Shown: positions 1 to 13,100 of the stretch, one piece after another
Layout of the letters: every line of letters starts with the position of its first letter
Numbering within the stretch: position 1 is the first letter of the stretch
NCBI RefSeq assembly: GCF_009914755.1
Contig: NC_060933.1
From: the human T2T-CHM13v2.0 reference genome, Homo sapiens
Length of the DNA stretch: 64,000 nucleotides
Reading direction: 5' to 3' (one strand)
The notes under the pieces: model-generated
The model's input: only the letters and a program-made list of their open reading frames with translations
Database searches by the model: none
What the model was told of the DNA's origin: nothing
Program-made: the position numbers and the translations under genes

Positions 1-1455
1 TCCATTCCGTTCCATTCCATTCCATTATATTCGGATTGATTCTATTCAACTCCCTTACTCTCCATTTCATTCCATTCCATTCGGGTTGTTCCATTCCATT
101 CCATTCCATTCCACTCCATTCCATTGCACTCGGGTTGATTCCATTCCATTCCATTCCATTCCGGAAGATTCCATTCCATTGCATTCCATTCCATTCCATT
201 CCCCTGCACTCGCGTTGATTCCATTCCATTCCATTCTATTCCATTCCATTCCCTTCCTTTCCGTTCCATTCCATTCCATTCCATTCCATTCCATTCCATT
301 CCGTTCCATTCCATTCCATTCCATTCTATTCGGATTAATTCCATTCCATTCCATTCGATTGCATTCGAGTTGATTCCATTCCATTCCATTCCATTCCATT
401 CCATTCCATTCCTTTCCATTGCATTACGGATGATTCCATTCCATTGCATTCCATTCCATTCCATTCCCCTATACTCGGGTTGATTCCATTCAATTCCATT
501 CCAATCCATGCCACTCCACTCGTGTTGATTCCGTTCTTTCCATTCCATTCAAGTTGAATCCATTCCATTGCATTCCATTCCATTCGATTCCATTCGATTG
601 CAGTCGGGTTGATTCCATTCCATTGCATTCCATTCCATTCCATTCCATTCCATTCCATTCCATTCCATTCCGTTCCATTCCATTTCATTACATTCAGATT
701 GATTCTATTCAATTCCCTTACACTCCATTATATTCCAATCCATTCTGGTTGTCTCCATTCCATTCCATTCCATTTCACTCCATTCCATTGCACTCAGGTT
801 GATTCCATTCCATTCCATTCCATTGCATTCTATTCCATTCCATTCCGGATGATTCCATTCCATTGCATTCCATTCCATTCCATTCCCCTGCACTCGGGTT
901 GATTCCATTCCATTCCATTACATTGCATTCCGTTCCATTCCATTCCATTCCATTCGGATTGATTCTGTTTAATTCCCTTACACTCCATTACATTCCATTC
1001 CATTCGGGTAGTTTCCATTCCATTCCATTCCATTCCTCTCCATTCCATTGCACTCGGGTTGATTCCATTCCATTCCATTCCATTCCATTACATTACATTC
1101 CATTCCGTTCCATTGTACTCGGGTTGATTCCATTCCATTGCATTCAATTCCATTCCATTCCATTCTATTTCATTCCATTCCGTTCCATTGCATTACATTC
1201 GGATTGATTCTATTCAACTCCCTTACTCTCCATTACATTCCATTCCATTCGGGTTGTTCCATTCCATTCCATTCCATTCCACTCCATTCCATTGCGCTCG
1301 GGTTGATTCCATTCCATTCCATTCCATTCCATTCCATTCCATTCCATTCCATTCCGGATGATTCCATTCCATTGCATTCCGTTCCATTACATTCCCCTGC
1401 ACTCGGGTTGATTCCATTCCATTCCATTCCATTCCATTCCATTCCATTCCATTCC
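1..1455 (+). repeat. Copy A of a near-identical duplicated block (partner 27669-29120, offset 27,668 bp)
   Basis: ORF coordinates and translations recur exactly at +27,668 (42..548/27710..28216; 335..712/28003..28380; 863..1207/28531..28875; 978..1163/28646..28831). Rare variants are shared, such as CCCCTATACTCGGG, GATTCTGTTTAATT and CTGGTTGTCTCC. Confidence 0.9.
158..172. promoter_or_regulatory. Perfect 3-unit heat shock element match aTTCc-gGAAg-aTTCc (first of about 37 copies); function unproven
   Basis: ATTCCGGAAGATTCC fits nTTCnnGAAnnTTCn, the canonical HSF1 trimer site. This is a motif match only. Confidence 0.4.
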
Positions 1456-2599
1456 ATTCCATTGTACTCGGGTTGATTCCATTCCATTGCATTCCATTCC
1501 ATTCCATTCCATTCCATTCCGTTGCATTCCTTTCCATTACATTCGGATTGACTCTATTCAACACCCTTACTCTCCATTACATTCCATTTCATTCGGGTTG
1601 TTCCATTCCATTCCATTCCATTCCACTCCATTCCATTGCACTCGGGTTGATTCCATTCCATTCCATTCCATTCCTTTCCATTCCATTCCATTCCTTTCCA
1701 TTACATTACGGATGATTCCATTCCATTGCATTCCATTCCATTCCATTCACCTGTACTCGGGTTGATTCCATTCCATTCCATTCCATTCCATGCCATTCCA
1801 CTCGTGTTGATTCCATTCTTTCCATTCCATTCAATTTGAATAAATTCCATTGCATTCCATTCCATTCGATTCCATTCGATGGCAATCGGGTTGATTCCAT
1901 TCCATTGCATTCCATTCCATTCCATTCCATTCCATTCCGTTCCATTCCATTCCATTACATTCGGATTGATTCTATTCAATTCCCTTACACTCCATTACAT
2001 TCCATTCCATTCGGGTACTTTCCATTCCGTTCCATTCCATTCCTCTCCATTCCATTGCACTCGGGTTGATTCCATTCCATTCCATTCCATTCCATTCCAT
2101 TCCACTCCGGATGATTCCATTCCATTGAATTCCATTCCATTCCATTCCCCTGCACTTGGGTTGATTCCATTCCATTCCATTCCATTCCTTTCCGTTCCAT
2201 TCCATTCCATTCCATTCCATTCCATTCCATTCCATTCCATTCTATTTGTGTTAATTCCATTCCATTCTATTCCATTTCATTTCATTCCATTGAAATCGAG
2301 TTGATTCCATTCCATTCCATTCCATTGCATTCCATTCCATTCCGGATGATTCCATTCCATTGCATTCCATTCCATTCCATTCCCCTGCACTCGGGTTGAA
2401 TCCATTCCATTCCATTCCATTGCATTCCATTCCATTCCATTCCATTCCATTCCATTCCGTTGCATTGCATTCCATTACATTCGGATTGATTCTATTCAAC
2501 TCCCTTACTCTCCATTACATTCCATTCCATTCGGGTTGTTCCATTCCATTCCATTCCATTGCACTCGGGTTGATTCCATTCCATTCCATTCCATTCCAT

Positions 2600-5500
2600 T
2601 CCATTCCATTCCGGATGATTCCATTCCATTACATTCCGTTCCATTACATTCCCCTGCACTCGCGTTGATTCCATTCCATTCCATTCCATTCCTTTCAATT
2701 CCATTCCATTAGAATTCGTTCCATTCCATTCTATTCCGTACCATTCCATTCCATTGCATACCATTCCATTCCTTTCCATTCCATTCCGTTCCATTCCGTT
2801 CCGTTCCATTCCATTCCATTCCATTCTATTCGGATTAATTCCATTCCATTACATTCCATTCCATTCTATTCCATTCCATTGCAATCGAGTTGAATCCATT
2901 GCATTTCATTCCATTCCATTCCATTCCACTGCACTCGCGTTGATTCCATTCCATTCCATTCCATTCCATTCCGTTCCGTTCCATTGCATTCCATTCCATT
3001 CCATTCCGTTCCGTTCCATTCCATTCCATTCCATTCTATTCGGGTTAATTGCATTCCATTCCATTCGATTGCAATCGAGTTGATTCCATTCCATTCCATT
3101 CCTTTCCATTCCATTCCATTCCATTCCATTCCATTCCATTACGGATGATTCCATTCCATTGCATTCCATTCCATTCCATTCCCCTGTACTCGGGTTGATT
3201 CCATTCCATTCCATTCCAATCCATGCCATTCCACTCGTGTTGATTCCATTCTTTCCATTCCATTCAAGTTGATTCCATTCCATTGCATTCCATTCCATTC
3301 GATTCCATTCGATTGCACTCGGGTTGATTCCATTCCATTGCATTCCATTCCATTCCATTCGATTCCATTCCATTCCATTCCGTTCCATTCCATTCCATTA
3401 CATTCGGATTGATTCTATTCAATTCCCTTACACTCCATTACATTACATTCCATTCGGGTAGTTTCCATTCCATTCCATTCCATTCCTCTCCATTCCATTG
3501 CACTCGGGTTGATTCCCTTCCATTGCATTCCATTCCATTCCATTCCATTCTATTCCGTTCCATTCCATTCCATTACATTCGGATTGATTCTATTCAACTC
3601 CCTTACTCTCCATTACATTCCATTCCATTCGGGTTGTTCCATTCCATTCCATTCCATTCCACTCCATTCCATTGGACTCGGGTTGATTCCATTCCATTCC
3701 ATTCCATTCCATTCCATTCCGGAAGATTCCATTCCATTGCATTCCATTCCATTCCATTCCCCTGCACTCGCGTTGATGCTATTCTATTCCATTCTATTCC
3801 ATTCCATTCACTTCCTTTCCGTTCCATTCCATTCCATTCCATTCCATTCCATTCCATTCCATTCCGTTCCGTTCCGTTCCGTTCCATTCCATTCCATTCC
3901 ATTCCATTCTATTCGGGTTAATTCCATTCCATTCCATTCGATTGCAATCGAGTTGATTCCATTCCATTCCATTCCATTCCATTCCATTCCATTCCATTCC
4001 ATTCCATTCCTTTCCATTCCTTTACGGATGATTCCATTCCATTCCATTCCAATCCATGCCCTTCCACTCCTGTTGATTCCATTATTTCCATTCCATTCTA
4101 GTTGAATCCATTCCATTGCATTCCATTCCATTCGATTCCATTCGATTGCACTCGGGTTGATTCCATTCCATTGCATTCCATTCCATTCCATTCCATTCCA
4201 TTCCGTTCCATTCCATTCCATTACATTCGGATTGATTCTATTCAACTCCCTTACTCTCCATTACATTCGATTCCATTCGGGTTGTTCCATTCCATTCCAT
4301 TCCATTCCACTCCATTCCATTGCACTCGGGTTGATTCCATTACATTCCGTTCCATTCCGGAAGATTCCATTTCATTGCATTCCATTACATTCCATTCCCC
4401 TGCACTCGCGTTGATTCCATTCCTTTCCATTCCATTCCATTCCATTCCGTTCCGTTCCATTCCATTCCATTCCATTCCATTCCGTTCGTTCCATTCCATT
4501 CCATTCCATTATATTCGGTTTAATTCCATTCCATTCCATTCGATTGCAATCGTGTTGATTCCATTCCATTCCATTCCATTCAATTCCATTCCGTTCCATT
4601 CCATTCCATTATATTCGGATTGATTCTACTCAACTCCCTTACTCTCCATTATATTCCATTCCATTCGGGTTGTTCCATTCCATTCCATTCCATTCCACTC
4701 CATTCCATTGCACTCGGGTTTGTTCCATTCCATTCCATTCCATTCCATTCCATTCCATTCCATTCCGGAAGATTCCATTCCATTGCATTCCATTCCATTC
4801 CATTCCCCTGCATTCGCGTTGATTCCATTCCATTCCATTCCATTCCATTCCATTCCATTCCTTTCCGTTCCATTCCACTCCATTCCATTCCATTCCATTC
4901 CATTCCGTTCCGTTCCGTTCCATTCCATTCAATTCCATTCTATTCGGGTTAATTCCATTCCATTCCATTCGATTGCAATCGAGTTGATTCCATTCCATTC
5001 CATTCCATTCGATTCCATTCCATTCCATTCCTTTCCATTCCATTACGGATGATTCCATTCCATTGCATTACATTCCATTCCATTCCCCTGTACTCGGGTT
5101 GATTCCATTCCATTCCATTCCATTCCATTCCACTCCGGATGATTCCATTCCATTGCATTCCGTTCCATTACATTCCCCTGCACTCGCGTTGATTCCATTC
5201 CATTCCATTCCATTCCATTCAATTCCATTCCATTACAATTCGTTCCATTCCATTCTATTCCGTACCATTCCATTCCATTGCATACCATTCCATTCCATTC
5301 CATTCCATTCCGTTCCATTCCGTTCCGTTCCATTCCATTCCATTCCATTCTATTCGGATTAATTCCATTCCATTACATTCCATTCCATTCTATTCCATTC
5401 CATTGCAATCGAGTTGAATCCATTGCATTTCATTCCATTCCATTCCATTCCATTCCATTCCGGAAGATTCCATTCCATTGCATTCCATTCCATTCCATTC

Positions 5501-8500
5501 CACTGCACTCGCGTTGATTCCATTCCATTCCATTCCATTCCATTCCATTCCGTTCCGTTCCATTGCATTCCATTCCATTCCATTCCGTTCCGTTCCATTC
5601 CATTCCATTCCATTGTATTCGGGTTAATTGCATTCCATTCCATTCGATTGCAATCGAGTTGATTCCATTCCATTCCATTCCATTCCATTACATTCCATTC
5701 CATTCCTTTCCATTCCATTACGGATGATTCCATTCCATTGCATTCCATTCCATTCCATTCCCCTGTACTCGGGTTGATTCCATTCCATTCCATTCCAATC
5801 CATGCCATTCCACTCGTGTTGAATCCATTCTGTCCATTCCATTCAAGTTGATTCCATTCCATTGCATTCCATTCCATTCGATTCCATTCGATTGCACTCG
5901 GGTTGATTCCATTCCATTGCATTCCATTCCATTCCATTCCATTCCATTCCATTCCATTCCATTCCGTTCCATTCCATTCCATTACATTCGGATTGATTCT
6001 ATTCAATTCCCTTACACTCCATTACATTACATTCCATTCGGGTAGTTTCCATTCCATTCCATTCCATTCCTCTCCATTACATTGCACTCGGGTTGATTCC
6101 CTTCCATTGCATTCCATTCCATTCCATTCCATTCTATTCCGTTCCATTCCATTCCATTACATTCGGATTGATTCTATTCAACTCCCTTACTCTCCATTAC
6201 ATTCCATTCCATTCGGGTTGTTCCATTCCATTCCATTCCATTCCACTCCATTCCATTGGACTCGGGTTGATTCCATTCCATTCCATTCCGGAAGATTCCA
6301 TTCCATTGCATTCCATTCGATTCCATTCCCCTGCACTCGCGTTGATTCTATTCTATTCCATTCTATTCCATTCCATTCACTTCCTTTCCGTTCCATTCCA
6401 TTCCATTCCATTCCATTCCATTCCGTTCCGTTCCGTTCCATTCCATTCCATTCCATTCCATTCTATTCGGGTTAATTCCATTCCATTCCATTCGATTGCA
6501 ATCGAGTTGATTCCATTCCATTCCATTCCATTCCATTCCATTCCATTCCATTCCATTCCTTTCCATTCCTTTACGGATGATTCCATTCCATTGCATTCCA
6601 TTCCATTCCATTCCCCTGTACTCGGGTTGATTCCATTCCATTCCATTCCAATCCATGCCCTTCCACTCGTGTTGATTCCATTATTTCCATTCCATTCTAG
6701 TTGAATCCATTCCATTGCATTCCATTCCATTCGATTCCATTCGATTGCACTCGGGTTGATTCCATTCCATTGCATTCCATTCCATTCCATTCCATTCCAT
6801 TCCGTTCCATTCCATTCCATTACATTCGGATTGATTCTATTCAACTCCCTTACTCTCCATTACATTCGATTCCATTCGGGTTGTTCCATTCCATTCCATT
6901 CCATTCCACTCCATTCCATTGCAGTCGGGTTGATTCCATTACATTCCATTCCATTCCGGAAGATTCCATTTCATTGCATTCCATTACATTCCATTCCCCT
7001 GCACTCGCGTTGATTCCATTCCTTTCCATTCCATTCCATTCCATTCCATTCCATTCCGTTCCGTTCCATTCCATTCCATTCCATTCCATTCCATTCCGTT
7101 CGTTCCATTCCATTCCATTCCATTATATTCGGGTTAATTCCATTCCATTCCATTCGATTGCAATCTTGTTGATTCCATTCCATTCCATTCCATTCAATTC
7201 CATTCCGTTCCATTCCATTCCATTATATTCGGATTGATTCTACTCAACTCCCTTACTCTCCATTATATTCCATTCCATTCGGGTTGTTCCATTCCATTCC
7301 ATTCCATTCCACTCCATTCCATTGCACTCGGGTTTGTTCCATTCCATTCCATTCCATTCCATTCCATTCCATTCCATTCCGGAAGATTCCATTCCATTGC
7401 ATTCCATTCCATTCCATTCCCCTGCATTCGCGTTGATTCCATTCCATTCCATTCCATTCCATTCCATTCCATTCCATTCCTTTCCGTTCCATTCCATTCC
7501 ATTCCATTCCATTCCATTCCATTCCGTTCCGTTCCGTTCCGTTCCATTCCATTCAATTCCATTCTATTCGGGTTAATTCTATTCCATTCCATTCGATTGC
7601 AATCGAGTTGATTCCATTCCATTCCGTTCCATTCCATTCCATTCCATTCCATTCCTTTCCATTCCATTACGGATGATTCCATTCCATTGCATTACATTCC
7701 ATTCCATTCCCCTGTACTCGGGTTGATTCCATTCCATTCCATTCCATTCCATTCCACTCCGGATGATTCCATTCCATTGCATTCCGTTCCATTACATTCC
7801 CCTGCACTCGCGTTGATTCCATTCCATTCCATTCCATTCCATTCAATTCCATTCCATTACAATTTTTTCCATTCCATTCTATTCCGTACCATTCCATTCC
7901 ATTGCATACCATTCCATTCCATTCCATTCCATTCCGTTCCATTCCGTTCCATTCCATTCCATTCCATTCTATTCGGATTAATTCCATTCCATTCCATTCC
8001 ATTCCATTCTATTCCATTCCATTGCAATCGAGTTGAATCCATTGCATTTCATTCCATTCCATTCCATTCCATTCCGGAAGATTCCATTCCATTGCATTCC
8101 ATTCCATTCCATTCCCCTGCGTTCGCGTTGATTCCATTCCATTCCATTCCATTCCATTCCATTCCATTCCGTTCCGTTCCATTCCATTCCATTCCATTCC
8201 ATTCCGTTCCGTTCCATTCCATTCCATTCCATTCTATTCTGGTTAATTACATTCCATTCCATTCGATTGCAATCGAGTTGATTCCATTCCATTCCATTCC
8301 ATTCCATTCCATTCCATTACATTCCTTTCCATTCCATTATGGATGATTCCATTCCATTGCATTCCATTCCATTCCATTCCCCTGTACTCGGGTTGATTCC
8401 ATTCCATTCCATTCCAATCCATGCCATTCCACTCGTGTTGATTCCATTCTTTCCATTCCATTCAAGTTGATTGCATTCCATTGCATTCCATTCCATTCGA

Positions 8501-10400
8501 TTCCATTCGATTGCACTCGGGTTGATTCCATTCCATTGCATTCCATTCCATTCCATTCGATTCCATTCCATTCCATTCCGTTCCATTCCATTCCATTACA
8601 TTCGAATTGATTCTATTCAATTCCCTTACACTCCATTACATTACATTCCATTCGGGTAGTTTCCATTCCATTCCATTCCATTCCTCTCCATTCCATTGCA
8701 CTCGGGTTGATTCCATTCCATTGCATTCCATTCCATTCCATTCAATTCTATTCCGTTCCATTCCATTCCATTACATTCGGATTGATTCTATTCAACTCCC
8801 TTACTCTCCATTACATTCCATTCCATTCGGGTTGTTCTATTCCATTCCATTCCATTCCACTCCATTCCATTTGACTCGGGTTGATTCCATTCCATTCCAT
8901 TCCATTCCATTCCATTCCATTCCGGAAGATTCCATTCCATTGCATTCCATTCCATTGCATTCCCCTGCACTCGCGTTGATTCTATTCTATTCCATTCTAT
9001 TCCATTCCATTCCCTTCCTTTCCGTTCCATTCCATTCCATTCCATTCCATTCCATTCCGTTCCGTTCCGTTCCGTTCCGTTCCGTTCCATTCCTTTCCAT
9101 TCCATTCTATTCGGGTTAATTCCATTCCATTCCATTCGATTGCAATCGAGTGGATTCCATTCCATTCCATTCCATTCCATTCCTTTCCATTCCATTACGG
9201 ATGATTCCATTCCATTGCATTCCATTCCATTCCATTCCCCTGTACTCGGGTTGATTCCATTCCATTCCATTCCAATCCATGCCCTTCCACTCGTGTTGAT
9301 TCCATTATTTCCATTCCATTCTAGTTGAATCCATTCCATTGCATTCCATTCCATTAGATTCCATTCGATTGCACTCGGGTTGATTCCATTCCGTTGCATT
9401 CCATTCCATTCCATTCCATTCCATTCCATTCCATTCCATTCCATTCCGTTCCATTCCATTCCATTACTTTCGGATTGATTCTATTCAACTCCCTTACTCT
9501 CCATTACATTCGATTCCATTCGGGTTGTTCCATTCCATTCCATTCCATTCCACTCCATTCCATTGCACTCGGGTTGATTCCATTACATTCCATTCCATTC
9601 CGGAAGATTCCATTCCATTACATTCCATTACATTCCATTCCCCTGTACTCGCGTTGATTCCATTCCTTTCCATTCCATTCCATTCCATTCCATTCCATTC
9701 CATTCCGTTCCGTTCCATTCCATTCCATTCCATTCCATTCCATTCCGTTCCGTTCCATTCCATTCCATTCCATTCTATTCGGGTTAATTCCATTCAATTC
9801 CATTCGATTGCAATCGTGTTGATTCCATTCCATTCCATTCCATTCCATTCAATTCCATTCCGTTCCATTCCATTCCATTATATTCGGATTGATTCTACTC
9901 AACTCCTTTACTCTCCATTATATTCCATTCCATTCGGGTTGTTCCATTCCATTCCATTCCATTCCACTCCATTCTATTGCACTCGGGTTTGTTCCATTCC
10001 ATTCCATTCCATTCCATTCCATTCCGGAAGATTCCATTCCATTGCATTCCATTCCTTTCCATTCCCCTGCACTCGCGTTGATTCCACTCCATTCCATTCC
10101 TTTCCATTCCATTCCATTCCATTCCTTTCCGTTCCATTCCATTCCATTCCATTCCATTCCATTCCATTCCGTTCTATTCCGTTCCGTTCCGTTCCATTCC
10201 ATTCCATTCCATTCTATTCGGGTTAATTCCATTCCATTCCATTCGATTGCAATCGAGTTGAATCCATTCCATTCCATTCCATTCCATTCCATTCCTTTCC
10301 ATTCCATTACGGATGATTCCATTCCATTGCATTACATTCCATTCCATTCCCCTGTACTCGGGTTGATTCCATTCCATTCCATTCCATTCCATTCTATTCC
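2600..10400 (+). repeat. Three tandem copies of a ~2.6 kb higher-order unit (approx. 2610-5130, 5130-7755, 7755-10400)
   Basis: Private markers recur about every 2.6 kb: TTATTTCCATTCCATTCTAGTTG at ~4082/6681/9305; CTACTCAACTCC at ~4627/7240/9895; TTGCATACC at ~2754/5278/7902; GGGTTTGTTCC at ~4716/7330/9985. Confidence 0.85.
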
Positions 10401-11739
10401 ATTCCATTCCATTCCATTCCGGAAGATTCCATTCCATTGCATTCCATTCCATTCCATTCCCCTGCACTCGCGTTGATTCCATTCCATTCCATTCCATTCA
10501 ATTCCATTCCATTCCATTGCATTCCGATCCGTTCCGTTCCATTCCATTCCATTCCATTCCATTCCGTTCCATTCCATTCCATTCCATTCCATTCCATTCT
10601 ATTCGGGTTAATTCCATTCCATTCCATTCAATTGCAATCGAGTTGATTCCATTCCATTCCATTCCATTCCATTCCATTCCATTCCTTTCCATTACATTAC
10701 GGATGATTCCATTCCATTTCATTCCATTCCATTCCATTCCCCTGTACTCGGGTTGATTCCATTCCATTCCATTCCAATCCATGCCATTCCACTCGTGTTG
10801 ATTCCATTCTTTCCATTCCATTCAAGTTGAATCCATTCCATTGCATTCCATTCCATTCGATTCCATTCGATTGCACTCGGGTTGATTCCATGGCATTCCA
10901 TTCCATTCCATTCCATTCCATTCCATTCCATTCCATTCCTTTCCATTCCATTCCATTCCATTCCATTCCATTCGGATTCATTCTATTCAATTCCCTTACA
11001 CTCCATTCCATTCCATTCCATTCGTGTAGTTTCCATTCCATTCCATTCCATTCCTCTCCATTCCATTGCACTCGGGTTGATTCCATTCCATTCCATTCCA
11101 TTTCATTCCATTCCATTCCATTCCGGATGATTCCATTCCATTGAATTCCATTCCATTCCGTTCCCCTGCACTTGGGTTGATTCCATTCCATTCCATTCCA
11201 TTCCTTTCTGTTCCATTCCATTCCATTCCATTCCATTCTATTCGTGTTAATTCCGTTCCATTCTATTCCATTCCATTCCATTGAAATCGTGTTGATTCCA
11301 TTCCATTCCATTCCATTCCATTCCATTCCATTCCATTCCATTCCGGATGATTCCATTCCATTGCATTCCATTCCATTCCATTCCCCTGCGCTCGGGTTGA
11401 TTCCATTACATTCCATTCCATTACATTCCATTCCATTCCGTTCCATTTCATTCTATTCGTGTTAATTCCATTCCATTCCATTCCACTCCATTCCAGTCCT
11501 TTCCATTCCATTCCACTCGGGTTGATTCCATTCTATTCCTTTTAATTCCATTCCATTCCATTGCAATCGAGTGGATTCCATTCGAGTTGAATCCATTCCA
11601 TTCCATTCCATTCCATTCCATTGTATTCGGGTTAATTCCATTCCATTCCATTCCATTCCATTCCATTCCATTACAATCGAGTTGTTTCCATTCCATTGCA
11701 TTCCATTCCATTCCATTCCAGTCCTTTCCATTCCATTCC

Positions 11740-11870
11740 ACTCGGGTTGATTCCATTCTATTAGTTTCCATTCCATTCCATTCCCTTCCATTGCACTCTG
11801 GTTGATTCCATTCCTTTCCATTCCACTCGAATACATTCCCTCCTATTCCACTCGGAACTATTCCATTCCA
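11740..11870 (+). repeat. First copy of the dispersed 'GAATAC' module (CTATTAGTTTCC...CTCTGGTTGA...CCACTCGAATACATTCCCTCCTATTCCACTCGGAA)
   Basis: Core starts at 11823, 14220, 20628, 24270, 32262, 33855, 36006, 37230, 40290, 41224, 46283, 49556, 52831, 55317 and 57628. A diverged version is at ~60032. Confidence 0.85.
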
Positions 11871-12779
11871 TTCCATTCCATTCCATTCCATTCCATTCCA
11901 TTCCATTCCACTTCGTTCCATTCCATTCTATTCCGTACCATTCCATTCCATTCCTTTCCTTTCCATTCCATTCCTTTCCACTCGTGTTGATTCCATTCCT
12001 TAACATTCCATTCGGTTTGAAGGCATTCCATCCCATTCAATTCCATTCCATTCCATTCAATTCCATTCCATTCTATTCCATTCCATTGCAATCGAGTTGA
12101 ATCCATTGCCTTTCATTCCATTCCATTCCATTCAATTGCATTCCGGAAGATTCCATTCAATTACATTCCATTCCATTCCATTCCCCTGCACTCGCGTTGA
12201 TTCCATTCCATTCCATTCCATTCCATTCCGTTCCGTTCCATTCCATTCCATTCCATTCCATTCCGTTCCGTTCCATTCCATTCCATTCCATTCTATTCGG
12301 GTTAATTCCATTCCATTCCATTCGATTGCCATCGAGTTGATTCCATTCCATTCCATTCCATTCCATTCCATTCCATTCCTTTCCATTCCATTACGGCTGA
12401 CTCCATTCCATTGCTTTCCATTCCATTCCATTCCCCTGTACTCGGGTTGATTCCATTCCATTCCATTCCACTCCATTCGGTTCCGTAGCATTCCATTCTA
12501 TTGCATTCCATTCTATTCGGGTTAATTCCATTCCATTCTATTCCATTCCATTCTATTCCATTCCATTGCAATGGAGTTTATTCCATTCCATTCCATTCCA
12601 TTCCGGATGATTCCATTCCATTGCATTCCATTCCATTCCATTCCCCTGCACTCGTGTTGATTCCATTCCCTTCCATTCCATTCCATTCCGTTCCATTCCA
12701 TTCAATTCCATTCTATTCCGGTTAATTCCATTCCATTCCATTCCATTCCATTCCATTCCATTCCATTGCAATCGAGTTG

Positions 12780-13100
12780 ATTCCATTCCATTCCTTTCCA
12801 ATCCATTCCATTGCCTTCCATTCCACTCGGGTTGATTCCATTCCCTTCTTTCCACTCCATTACATTCCCTTCCATTCCACTCGGAATGATTGATTCCATT
12901 CCATTCCATTCCATTTCATTCCATTGCAATCCATTCCAATCCATTCCATTCCATTCCATTCCTCTCGAGTTGACTTCATTCCATTCCTTTCCATTCCATT
13001 CCATTCCTTTCCACTCGAGTTGATTCCATTCCATTCCAATCCATTGCAATCCATTCCATGCCATTCCACTCGGGTTGATTCCATTCCTTTGCATTCCATT
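12780..13100 (+). repeat. First copy of the dispersed 'double-XhoI' module (CCCTTCTTTCCACTCC...GGAATGATTGATTCC...CTCGAGTTGACTTC...CTCGAG)
   Basis: CTCGAG pairs lie 50 bp apart at 12964/13014, 15306/15356, 21692/21742 and 43969/44019. At 17736 the second site is mutated to CCCGAG. Confidence 0.85.

Noticed and set aside
25-70. Recurrent CGGATTGATTCTATTCAA(C/T)TCCCTTAC motif as a DUX4 site, promoter or splice signal
   Set aside because: It does not fit the DUX4 consensus (TGATT-N3-TTA orientation). It stays in pentamer phase and is explained as diverged CATTC units amplified with the array.
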